Of a stretch of 41,795 nucleotides of DNA, positions 1 to 7,935 are shown piece by piece. Every line of letters begins with the position of its first letter. The stretch's first letter is position 1. The notes under the pieces are model-generated. The model was not told the origin of the DNA, made no database searches, and saw only the letters and a list, made by a program, of their open reading frames with translations. The translations under genes were made by a program, and so were the position numbers. Where the stretch lies: the NCBI GenBank assembly GCA_024278215.1, contig JAJRTR010000201.1:1-41795 (forward strand). The letters are read 5' to 3'. Source of the DNA: a bacterium (GTDB lineage Bacteria; UBP15; UBA6099; JAJRTR01).

Positions 1-173
1 CGCTGCGGCAACTTCTCGTTCGCCTCTACCATCTCCTTCAACTTCTTCTCAAACGGTCCCAACTTCGACCTGTACGGCTTTTTGCGCCTGTACTTGTTGT
101 CTGACACCCTGTCCTCCCTCAGCACCCTCCTCACCGTATTTCTGCTCACCGACAAACGTCGAGTTATCTCCAT
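1..173 (-). mobile_element. istA: IS21-family IstA transposase N-terminal fragment (HTH region); runs off the window's left edge and appears 5'-truncated
   Basis: Manual translation, not in the ORF track: MEITRRLSVSRNTVRRVLREDRVSDNKYRRKKPYRSKLGPFEKKLKEMVEANEKLPQR. This matches the IstA pattern 'EIARRLGxSRNTVRK...SKLDPF'. Confidence 0.75.
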
Positions 174-225
174 CTACGCCCACGTGCCGTTCGAAGAACT
201 TCAACAGGCGATGGAAACGCTGTAA
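172..225 (+). pseudogene. C-terminal remnant of a tyrosine recombinase/integrase
   Basis: Translates to IYAHVPFEELQQAMETL*. IYAHV resembles the catalytic-Tyr motif (TTxIYTHV) at the end of Int/Xer proteins; only 17 codons remain. Confidence 0.5.
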
Positions 226-245
226 CATCAAACACGTCAGCAATG

Positions 246-269
246 AAGGAGGCCGTTCGCGGTCTTTTT
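246..269 (+). terminator. Intrinsic terminator after the integrase remnant
   Basis: AAGGAGGCCG-TTCG-CGGTCTTTTT hairpin (with G-U pairs) ending in a T run. Confidence 0.6.
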
Positions 270-294
270 CTCGTTCAGGCTTCAGAAGACGTTC

Positions 295-337
295 TTGACG
301 TATAAACCGACTGGTGATACAATGTTAGTACATTGTA
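295..337 (+). promoter_or_regulatory. Sigma70 promoter with an overlapping palindromic operator for the AbrB-Doc operon
   Basis: TTGACG(295-300), 17-bp spacer, TACAAT(318-323) with extended TG; perfect inverted repeat TACAATGT-tagt-ACATTGTA at 318-337. Confidence 0.8.
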
Positions 338-350
338 GGAATGGGGTGAT

Positions 351-584
351 ATGCACGTGGTCAAGACACTGACAAAACATGGTAACAGTCTAGCGCTGGT
401 TATAGACAAGGCAATCCTGGAACTTCTAAAGATTGATGCCGGTACGCCGCTTGAAATTTCAACGGACGGACAAACGCTGTTGATTTCGCCCGTTCGTGAT
501 AAAAAACGCCGAGAGAAATTCAATAAGGCGCTTGATTCCACGAACAAAAAGTATGGCCGCGCTTTGAAACGACTTGCGGAGTAA
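351..584 (+). CDS. AbrB/MazE/SpoVT-family antitoxin
   Basis: 77 aa; 'KHGNSLALVIDKAILELLKI' AbrB motif; lies directly upstream of a Doc toxin. Confidence 0.9.
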   Translation: MHVVKTLTKHGNSLALVIDKAILELLKIDAGTPLEISTDGQTLLISPVRDKKRREKFNKALDSTNKKYGRALKRLAE

Positions 585-588
585 ACCA

Positions 589-975
589 GTGGAACCCATT
601 TTTCTCAACACTATTGAAATTCTTGAAATCCACGATGACCAGATAACGAGATACGGAGGCAGTCCAGGAATCCGCGACGCGGCTCTGCTGGAATCCGCCA
701 TGGCCATGCCTTCATCATGTTTCGACGGCGAGTATCTTCACAATGACATATTCGAGATGGCCGCCGCTTATCTTTTTCACATCACACAGAATCATCCTTT
801 CGTGGATGGCAACAAGAGAGTAGGAGCGGTTGCAGCGCTTATTTTTCTATCACTCAACGATATCGAGATCGATGCTGGTGAGAACTCCTTTGAACAGGTA
901 GTCATGGCTGTTGCCGATGGTCGCTGGAAAAAGTCAGACATCGCAGCTTTTCTGCGAGATAATGCCCATTCATGA
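589..975 (+). CDS. doc: Doc/Fic-family toxin (death-on-curing type)
   Basis: HPFVDGNKR motif and 'GIRDAALLESA'; likely GTG start at 589 after GGAG (ORF track starts at 574). Confidence 0.92.
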   Translation: MEPIFLNTIEILEIHDDQITRYGGSPGIRDAALLESAMAMPSSCFDGEYLHNDIFEMAAAYLFHITQNHPFVDGNKRVGAVAALIFLSLNDIEIDAGENSFEQVVMAVADGRWKKSDIAAFLRDNAHS

Positions 976-1359
976 ATACCCATAAAAAACCCGGAAACCC
1001 ATCGCGAGAAAAAGGGGACGCCCGGTTCACTGTCGCGGGGGGTACTTAGCTTTGAAATTGCGGATATTTTTCACCGACGCCGGAGGAATGCTCCGGATGA
1101 TCGATGAAAATGCGACAGGCGCGAAGCTGGACGCGACCGTGTGCGAACGGTGTGGCTGGCGATGATTCAATTTTCAAGGGGCACTGTCCGCCGAGCCCTG
1201 TGGGGTACCGGCGAACGGAAGATATCTATTCCGTCGCATATCTGTGCATTAGACGACTGTCTGAAAAAACCGCTCTTGGTTTCATCGGAATATTTCAGCA
1301 GTCGATCTCATCAAATACGACTGTTGTTTCGTCTTTGTGTTATTTTTCGTTCTTGCTAC

Positions 1360-1388
1360 TTGAAAAGGTTCAACACTTATGATACACT
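1360..1388 (+). promoter_or_regulatory. Sigma70 promoter of the second TA operon
   Basis: TTGAAA(1360-1365), 17-bp spacer, TACACT(1383-1388) with extended TG. Confidence 0.65.
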
Positions 1389-1408
1389 ATGTTCAAGAGG
1401 TGATTACG

Positions 1409-1639
1409 ATGCCGACGAAGAATCCGAGAGTAATGGTTGTTCTTGAACCGAAGCTTCACAAGTGGTTGAAGAAGTCAGCAAAAAACGAAGGCGTTTCCGT
1501 ATCAGGCATGATTCGAGACATTGTGAGAGATACGTACATGGCATCTGAAGATGTGCACTGGGTGAGAGAAGGTGAATCCCGCCTGGAAACATTCAATCCC
1601 CAAAAAGCTGTTTCCCACGAAGATGCCTGGAAAGAATGA
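1409..1639 (+). CDS. Ribbon-helix-helix (CopG-like) antitoxin
   Basis: MPTKNPRVMVVL...AKNEGVSVSGMIRDIV (RHH pattern), C-terminal 'VSHEDAW'; GAGGTG RBS before ATG 1409; upstream of a RelE toxin. Confidence 0.85.
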   Translation: MPTKNPRVMVVLEPKLHKWLKKSAKNEGVSVSGMIRDIVRDTYMASEDVHWVREGESRLETFNPQKAVSHEDAWKE

Positions 1640-1642
1640 CCT

Positions 1643-1900
1643 ATGTCTTTTAGAGTTATTTATCATTCCGATGTCGTAGATTCTGATATTCCCGGTCTTC
1701 CGAAAACTATGCGAGAGCGCCTAAAGAAAGCTATTGAAAACCGACTCGCAACTGAACCCGCTTCTTACGGAAAACCCCTGAGGCACAATCTCCAGTCATT
1801 ATGGTCTTTGAGAGTAGGCAACTACAGAATCATTTACAGAATCCAGGATGACGAAGTTCTTGTTTTAAAGATTGGCCACAGACGTGATGTTTATAAATAG
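1643..1900 (+). CDS. relE: RelE/ParE-family toxin
   Basis: 'YGKPLRHNLQSLWSLRVGNYRIIYRI...VLKIGHRRDVY' is a RelE/StbE signature. Confidence 0.92.
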   Translation: MSFRVIYHSDVVDSDIPGLPKTMRERLKKAIENRLATEPASYGKPLRHNLQSLWSLRVGNYRIIYRIQDDEVLVLKIGHRRDVYK

Positions 1901-1915
1901 AACGAAGCCCCAGTA

Positions 1916-2506
1916 TTAACTTTTCGATTTTTCCACCTGTTTCTCCTTATCTTCCTCATTCACACGTTTTAGAATCGACGCCGCCCATTCAGCGGGAGTA
2001 GTTTTGATATTTACGGTTTCACCCTCACGGGCATTCTTTGTCGCTTTCAGATCGCTCAGATGCAGCCGGACCATCCGGTCGTAAGCCTCGGTAGCTTTTA
2101 CGTCGCCGTTCTTTGCCGCTCTCCTGAAAAGGATCAGGTTTGTCGCCACCAGTTCCACGGCGTAGAAGTCCGACGATTTATTCATCTTGAAATCTTCGTG
2201 CATCTGCTTGACCACACCCAGAAAATTCTTGCGTTCCTCAACATCCAGTATCTCAAACGCCAGGAACCCGTGTTTCAAAGTATCCGGCAGTTCCACGCCG
2301 AGTTCATTTGCCGCTTTATTTATCCTGTTCTTGTATTTACGCAGTACGTTGGAATGCCACCCGCTTTTTGTTTTTATAGGAGGATCTCCGGGTTTTCTTT
2401 TCTTGTGGGCGCCATGGGCGTAGCATACGTTAAATCCGATGACCGCAGGATTTGAACATCGCTTGCCGGTGGCCTTTGATGTCGCCGTACATTGGTTTTT
2501 AATTCT
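1916..2506 (-). pseudogene. Phage-like protein with an N-terminal Cys/His knuckle (HGGxSTG-like; possible terminase small subunit), start codon missing
   Basis: The frame of ORF 1916..2296 stays open to 2506 and reads CTATSKATGKRCSNPAVIGFNVCYAHGA...LKHG. There is no ATG/GTG/TTG between the Cys motif and the upstream TAA at 2507-2509. Confidence 0.55.
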
Positions 2507-2859
2507 TTACCAACATCGAAATCAAAAGCCAGATCAACAAAGCAGGCTTTCGGGATATCCGCCTCGAGTGCGGAGAGTTCCCGTTCTCTTTCCTTAATAA
2601 CATTTTCTGTAGGAGAGGGATTCATCCGCAGGAACCGTTTATGATGGTTCTCCGCAGCCTGGAACCGTTCTCTCGCCGTGGCGTATTCTTCAGGGTAATA
2701 ATTCAGCGTGGTATAAATGTTGTAATTATCGAAGACGGACGAATACTTTTCCGCGTAGCCGGGCAGATCTTCCAGCACAACCCAGGAATGACTGTAGTCC
2801 TTGTCGATTTTCCACTGCGGATATATCGCGTGGTGCGCAAAGCCATTAAGAGTCTTCAG
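2374..2859 (-). pseudogene. Possible primase-polymerase (AEP) N-terminal fragment
   Basis: 'YNIYTTLNYY' and 'FVDLAFDFD' (hhhDhD, like AEP motif I); after DFDV the frame overlaps the next fragment. The frame is open from 2859. Confidence 0.35.
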
Positions 2860-2942
2860 TTAACTGGGACTGTAGGTTACTGCAATTTACTTATCAATCA
2901 AACAGCAACCCGGATTCACACCAGCCACCAAATCATTTATTT

Positions 2943-3120
2943 GAGCCAATTGCAAAATTATGTTCCTATCGAGGTCGAGCGAAATTGTTCAGAGCAAGGC
3001 GGAGGTGTAAAATCCTCGCAGGCGTACTTGTAAAGTACGTCGAGGACGATTTTGCACCGACAACGCAGCTATGGACAATAGCAGCCGACCGCAGCAGAAT
3101 CAGAATTTTACAATTGGCTT
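2943..3120. mobile_element. 178-bp MITE, copy 1 (overlaps the asd 3' end)
   Basis: TIRs GAGCCAATTGCAAAATT / AATTTTACAATTGGCTT; inverted near-copy at 26740-26917 (about 15 mismatches by manual count). Confidence 0.85.
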
Positions 3121-4233
3121 ATTTATGTGTTCAATTACAATATTAAGAATCCGCCTGATGGGTTCTGCCGCACCCCACAGCAACTGGTCGCCGACAGTAA
3201 ATGCCGTGATGAAACACGGTCCGACATTAAGTTTTCGTATGCGCCCCACCGGCACATCGAGCCTGCCTGTCACCGCCGCCGGCGACAGCGCTGCTGTCGA
3301 ATCTTCCCTCGTGTTCGGGATAACCTTCACCCAGTCATTGGCACCTGCGATAATATCCGTGATCTCATCGACCGGAGTATCTCTCGTAAGTTTTATTGTC
3401 AACGCCTGACTGTGGCAGCGCATCGCGCCGATACGTACACAAATACCATCAACAGGAATCGGATTCTCTGATTGAAGAATCTTATTTGTCTCCGCGAACC
3501 CCTTCCATTCTTCCTTGCTCTGACCGTTTTCAAGAGGTACGTCGATCCATGGGATCAGGCTTCCGGCAAGCGCCGTGCCGAAATTGGCAGTCGGGTACGA
3601 ATCGCTGCGAAGCAACGCCGCAATCGTTCGGTCGAGGTCCAGAATGTTGCTGTTTTCATCGGCAATAAACTCGGTGCCCGCCGCGCCCACAGCCGCCATC
3701 TGCGCAACAAGCTCACGCATGTTCTTCGCGCCGGCACCCGACGCCGCCTGGTACGTCATAGAAGTCAGCCACTCGATCAGTCCCTCTTTGAACAAACCGC
3801 CTATCGCCATCAACATCAGGCTTACCGTGCAATTCGCTCCAATAAAATTCTTCACGCCCGCCGCGAGCGAATCGTCGATCACATCGCGGTTCACCGGGTC
3901 CAGCACAATCACACAATTGTCCTTCATACGCAACGCAGACGCCGCATCTATCCAGTATCCGTCCCAGCCGCTCCCGCGAAGTTTCGGGAAAATCTCATTC
4001 GTATAGGTGCCGCCCTGGCAAGTAACAATAATATCCTGCGCGGCGAGACTCTCGATGTCTCTCGCATTCTCGACCGGCGGCGCATCGAGTTCCACGGCGG
4101 GTGCCGGCTGCCCCATCTGCGATGTCGAATAAAATCGCGGCTCGAAGCCCTTGAAGTCATTCTCAGCCGACATTCTCTCCATCAGCACAGAACCGACCAT
4201 ACCGCGCCAACCGACAAATCCTATCTTCAGCAT
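3100..4233 (-). CDS. asd: Aspartate-semialdehyde dehydrogenase
   Basis: GWRGMVG, WIDAASALRM, GANCTVSLMLM, YQAASGAGA, MRCHSQ, GDQLLWGAAEP (E. coli-like Asd type). Confidence 0.98.
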   Translation of the reverse strand: MLKIGFVGWRGMVGSVLMERMSAENDFKGFEPRFYSTSQMGQPAPAVELDAPPVENARDIESLAAQDIIVTCQGGTYTNEIFPKLRGSGWDGYWIDAASALRMKDNCVIVLDPVNRDVIDDSLAAGVKNFIGANCTVSLMLMAIGGLFKEGLIEWLTSMTYQAASGAGAKNMRELVAQMAAVGAAGTEFIADENSNILDLDRTIAALLRSDSYPTANFGTALAGSLIPWIDVPLENGQSKEEWKGFAETNKILQSENPIPVDGICVRIGAMRCHSQALTIKLTRDTPVDEITDIIAGANDWVKVIPNTREDSTAALSPAAVTGRLDVPVGRIRKLNVGPCFITAFTVGDQLLWGAAEPIRRILNIVIEHINKPIVKF

Positions 4234-4257
4234 CTTATTTACCTTTCTTTAAAAAAC

Positions 4258-4490
4258 GTATCCGTTCACAGTCAACTGTTCGCAATGGAACATCTAAAAT
4301 TCCTGGAATGCAACGACTGTGTCGTTGCAACTGTGAAGAAATCGCATTTCGCAAAAACTGATGTTTTTGCATTCCAGAATTTTCTGATAGTGCCGTTAAT
4401 CTCAAAATTCGTGGGTTGTCATTCTGAGCGAAGCGAAGAAATTCCAGGTGTTTAACGAATTATTTCCAATGCCCTCCCGTGAACAGTTGC
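4258..4490. repeat. Degenerate MITE-like intergenic element with nested inverted repeats
   Basis: Ends GTATCCGTTCAC / GTGAACAGTTGC, flanked by TAAAAAAC / AAAAAAAC; internal IR AAATTCCTGGAATGCAA ... TTGCATTCCAGAATTT. Confidence 0.4.
4417..4440 (+). repeat. REP-like element TGTCATTCTGAGCGAAGCGAAGAA
   Basis: A reverse-complement relative lies at 21959-21986; widespread REP-like family. Confidence 0.6.
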
Positions 4491-4593
4491 AAAAAAACTT
4501 TCCTCTTATTTCGCCCTTCGATTCAGCATCGTTACCCATGAAATATTCAACCGATGCGCATAGATAATAACCATGATCCCCGCTGTTTTCAAA

Positions 4594-5706
4594 TCAACTG
4601 TAATCTTTCTTCAAATGGTCCGGGAGCAAGTCCTCGATTTTTAATTTCAATTGTGAAAAGTCTTTGTCTTTAAGCGCGGATATTGCGATGACGTTGTTCT
4701 TCGATCTTTTCAGACGGGCAAGCCTCCCGAGCGACTTCAGGGCATCTGTTTTGTTTAATATCATAAGTGACGGAATGTCCGACGCGCCCAGCGAATTGAT
4801 GATTTTTTCCACTTCGCCGATCTGAACTTCGCAATCCGGATTGCTTACATCGACAACATGCGCCAGCAGATGCGCGTCGGTTATGCCCTCGAGTGTCGAT
4901 TTGAACGCTTCCACGATTTTTACAGGCAGGTCTTTGATGAATCCTACCGTGTCCATTATCAGCACATTGCCGACACCGCTGATGAAAACGCGGCGGGTGA
5001 GCGGATCGAGTGTTGCAAACAATTTATCTTCTACGAATGTAGACTCATTGCTCAGAGAGTTGAAGAGGGTCGACTTTCCGGCGTTCGTATAACCAACGAG
5101 TGCGACTATGGGAATCGCTGCTTTTTTTCTTCGCTGTTTCTGAACCTGTCTGTTCTTTTCGACCATGGCCAGTTTTTTTTTCAGCACGGATATGCGTTGC
5201 CTGATCCTGCGGCGGTCCACCTCGAGTTTGGTTTCGCCCGGCCCTCGTGTCCCGATGCCGCCGCCCAGCCTCGATAGTTCCACCCCGCGGCCTGTAATCC
5301 TTGGCAAAAGGTACTCGAGTTGTGCAAGCTCGACCTGTATCTTACCTTCGCTGCTCTGCGCGCGCATCGCGAAGATGTCGAGAATAAGTTGCGTCCTGTC
5401 GATAACTCTCGCGTCGATCTCCCGCTCGAGATTTCTGAATTGCAACGGGGTCAGTTCGTTGTTGAATATCACGAGTTCGGCACCGCTGTCCGAGACCGCC
5501 CCGGCGATCTCGCCGACTTTTCCCGAGCCGATGTAATATTTCGGCACCGGCGGCATGTCGGGCTGCGTGATGACGTCGACAACATCCGCGCCGGCAGTCC
5601 CGGCAAGGCGTTCGAGCTCGACATAAGGGTCTTCAACGGTACTCGCACTGCCGGCACTTCGCCTGAATCCTGTCAGAATAGCTTTCGTTTTTATGTTCTT
5701 GTGCAA
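4594..5706 (-). CDS. hflX: GTPase HflX
   Basis: LILDIFAMRA, EGKIQVELAQL, GGIGTRGPGETKLE, GYTNAGKS, LFATLDP, DTVGFI, NKTD. Confidence 0.98.
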   Translation of the reverse strand: MHKNIKTKAILTGFRRSAGSASTVEDPYVELERLAGTAGADVVDVITQPDMPPVPKYYIGSGKVGEIAGAVSDSGAELVIFNNELTPLQFRNLEREIDARVIDRTQLILDIFAMRAQSSEGKIQVELAQLEYLLPRITGRGVELSRLGGGIGTRGPGETKLEVDRRRIRQRISVLKKKLAMVEKNRQVQKQRRKKAAIPIVALVGYTNAGKSTLFNSLSNESTFVEDKLFATLDPLTRRVFISGVGNVLIMDTVGFIKDLPVKIVEAFKSTLEGITDAHLLAHVVDVSNPDCEVQIGEVEKIINSLGASDIPSLMILNKTDALKSLGRLARLKRSKNNVIAISALKDKDFSQLKLKIEDLLPDHLKKDYS

Positions 5707-5878
5707 TCTCGTATAATCCTCGATAACGGATGTAAATATATTTACTGTCGCCGCAATTTCAAAACAAACGACTGCTACGAATTCTATATTGTATACGTCA
5801 AAACAACAATGGAGGCGTGAGTGTCGTATTGCCCGAATATTGATATATCGCGTTGCTGATAATAAGATTATTCTATAT

Positions 5879-7789
5879 ATGAAAGTTACCCGTGGAACTG
5901 TTTTCTGGCTGTTCGCTGCTGCGGCAGCGTTGTCGGTTATCGTCGGCTATGCTGCGACCTGCGCGAGAATCCCGGCGGACGGTTTTGTTTTTAATGATTT
6001 TGCGATTCTTAATTATTCAGCCGAGGCGGCACGCCGATTCTACGAAAACACCGGCAATATATGGGGCTACGAGCCACATTTCATGGCTGGTTATCCGCTG
6101 TCCTTTATCTGGAACAGCAACGTCGCGACACAGACGGCGGCCCGTGTTTTCAGTTCGGTGCCCGCGGCTTCGGTCGTAAGGGCGTTTTTTCTGGCCGGAC
6201 TTTTTTCTTTCCCGCTCCTTTTCTGGTGGGCGCTTGCGAATTTCGGGTTCACACTGAAAGAATCTTCCGCCGGGCTCGTACTTGGCGGACTGTATTTCCT
6301 TGCAGGCTTGCCCGTACTTTTTTTTATGGTGGGCATGGTCACAGCCGGATTCGCTCTCGGTGTGTGCATGGTCGCATTGTCTTTTCTGTATAGATACGCG
6401 GAACACGGCGGCGCATACAGTCTCACCGGGATGATCGTTTTTGTATCGCTCTCACTGTTTGTTCATAAAACGACCGCGATCGTTCTTTTCGTGCCGGGAA
6501 TAGTCGCGTTGTGGATTATATTCGCAGGTCATGCGGAAACATGCGCCCGGGCCGACAGGTCGACTCGCGCAAAGCGTCTCGCCGGGATTTTGATTGCCGC
6601 GGCGGCGGCGTATCTTTTAAACAGTTTCTGGATAAACCCGCTTATTGCCAATATCCATAATATGGTATCTGTGCCTGAAGCGCCGTTCTGGCGGAATTAC
6701 GATGTGTTGCTGCCGTTCAGGGAATACTTCACCGGTGTTGCAAAGATGAATATGCTCACATTATCGGGGCCGAAGGGGGTTCTGCATTCGGCAACACTGT
6801 GTCTGCTTCTCGCGGCGGGCGCGGCGGGCTGCCTGCAATTAAAGAAGCAAGGGGAAACAAACCTCGCTCTGTTCCTGATACTGCCCGCGGCGGCTCTGTG
6901 GCTGTTCGCGTATTACGGCGCGTTCATCCCGGGCGCGGGCAATCTTAACCCGGCGAGATACCAGGCGTTCGCACAACTGATGCTCGCTGTGCCGGGTGGA
7001 GTCGGGATTGCGAAACTGGCGAACGATACGGGGAAAATAAACGCGGCAGGCTGGACCGCCGCCTTCATTGTCGCCGCGGTTGCGATTGGCGGCGTGATAT
7101 ATTCGTCGGAATGGCTGAAGCCGATTCACATACTTCTCGCGCGTGGTGTTTCGCCTGAGGTAAGGATGGTGGCTGAAAAGATTAAGGGGCTTCCACCCGG
7201 CGGGCGGATAATGATCGAGGACTCGGGCGACATGGATGTCGAGAGCATGGGGCAGGTGTACGGAAACACGCAGATTGTATCGAATTTCGGACTGATGACA
7301 GGCAGAGAATTTATCGGCGGGCCCTATCCTTATGTATTTCTGAAACACAGGCGGGCAACCTTTTTTGATGGCCGGGCATTCGGAAAAGCGATTACCGATC
7401 TACGTCCCGATGAGATGAAACGGCTGCTGGAATTGTATAATGTCAAGTGGATAGTATGCTGGTCGGATGCGTCGAAAGGATATTTCGACAGGTACGGCGG
7501 TGATTTCAGCAAAACAGACGCGGTCGAACAATTTTCGTTTTACGTTGTCGACAACTACACGCCCTCGCAGTTCATTTCCGGCGCGGGAGATGTCGAAGCC
7601 GACTACGGATTGCTGAAAGTGAGAACACAGGACCGGAGCGGCGGCGCGGTCGTGATCAAGTACCACTGGCCGGGAATGTATACAACGAAGCCGGAAACCA
7701 GACTGGAAAAATACGAAGTCGATGGTGATCCCGTCGGGTTTATAAAAATAATTGATCCGCCGCCAGAGTTGCTGATAACGATTCCATGA
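5879..7789 (+). CDS. Multi-pass membrane protein, GT-C-like (YfhO/PTPS-related), with a C-terminal extracytoplasmic domain
   Basis: About 11 hydrophobic segments; 'WGYEPHFMAGYP' N-terminal loop; 'LELYNVKWIV' and 'VIKYHWPG' in the soluble domain. Likely start is ATG 5879. Confidence 0.55.
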   Translation: MKVTRGTVFWLFAAAAALSVIVGYAATCARIPADGFVFNDFAILNYSAEAARRFYENTGNIWGYEPHFMAGYPLSFIWNSNVATQTAARVFSSVPAASVVRAFFLAGLFSFPLLFWWALANFGFTLKESSAGLVLGGLYFLAGLPVLFFMVGMVTAGFALGVCMVALSFLYRYAEHGGAYSLTGMIVFVSLSLFVHKTTAIVLFVPGIVALWIIFAGHAETCARADRSTRAKRLAGILIAAAAAYLLNSFWINPLIANIHNMVSVPEAPFWRNYDVLLPFREYFTGVAKMNMLTLSGPKGVLHSATLCLLLAAGAAGCLQLKKQGETNLALFLILPAAALWLFAYYGAFIPGAGNLNPARYQAFAQLMLAVPGGVGIAKLANDTGKINAAGWTAAFIVAAVAIGGVIYSSEWLKPIHILLARGVSPEVRMVAEKIKGLPPGGRIMIEDSGDMDVESMGQVYGNTQIVSNFGLMTGREFIGGPYPYVFLKHRRATFFDGRAFGKAITDLRPDEMKRLLELYNVKWIVCWSDASKGYFDRYGGDFSKTDAVEQFSFYVVDNYTPSQFISGAGDVEADYGLLKVRTQDRSGGAVVIKYHWPGMYTTKPETRLEKYEVDGDPVGFIKIIDPPPELLITIP

Positions 7790-7935
7790 CCGGCGAATTA
7801 TATGTTACGAAAGAAAACTTTACCGGTGGTCACAGTGTGTTCAGTCAATATGCAGTCAATACATTACTGGTCTGAATACCGTAACGATAGGGATAGACTC
7901 TATACACACAGCCGAATTCAGGGAAAACACAAATA

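Noticed and set aside
980-1350. Possible ncRNA, cos site or ORFs (1104..1382, 1141..1446) between the TA operons
   Set aside because: The G-run and small hairpins match no family I can support; the ORFs have no recognisable motifs and overlap the downstream promoter.
172-1900. Integron with TA cassettes
   Set aside because: No attC-like paired R/L boxes were found, and the recombinase tail lacks the IntI-type ending (…SPLD).
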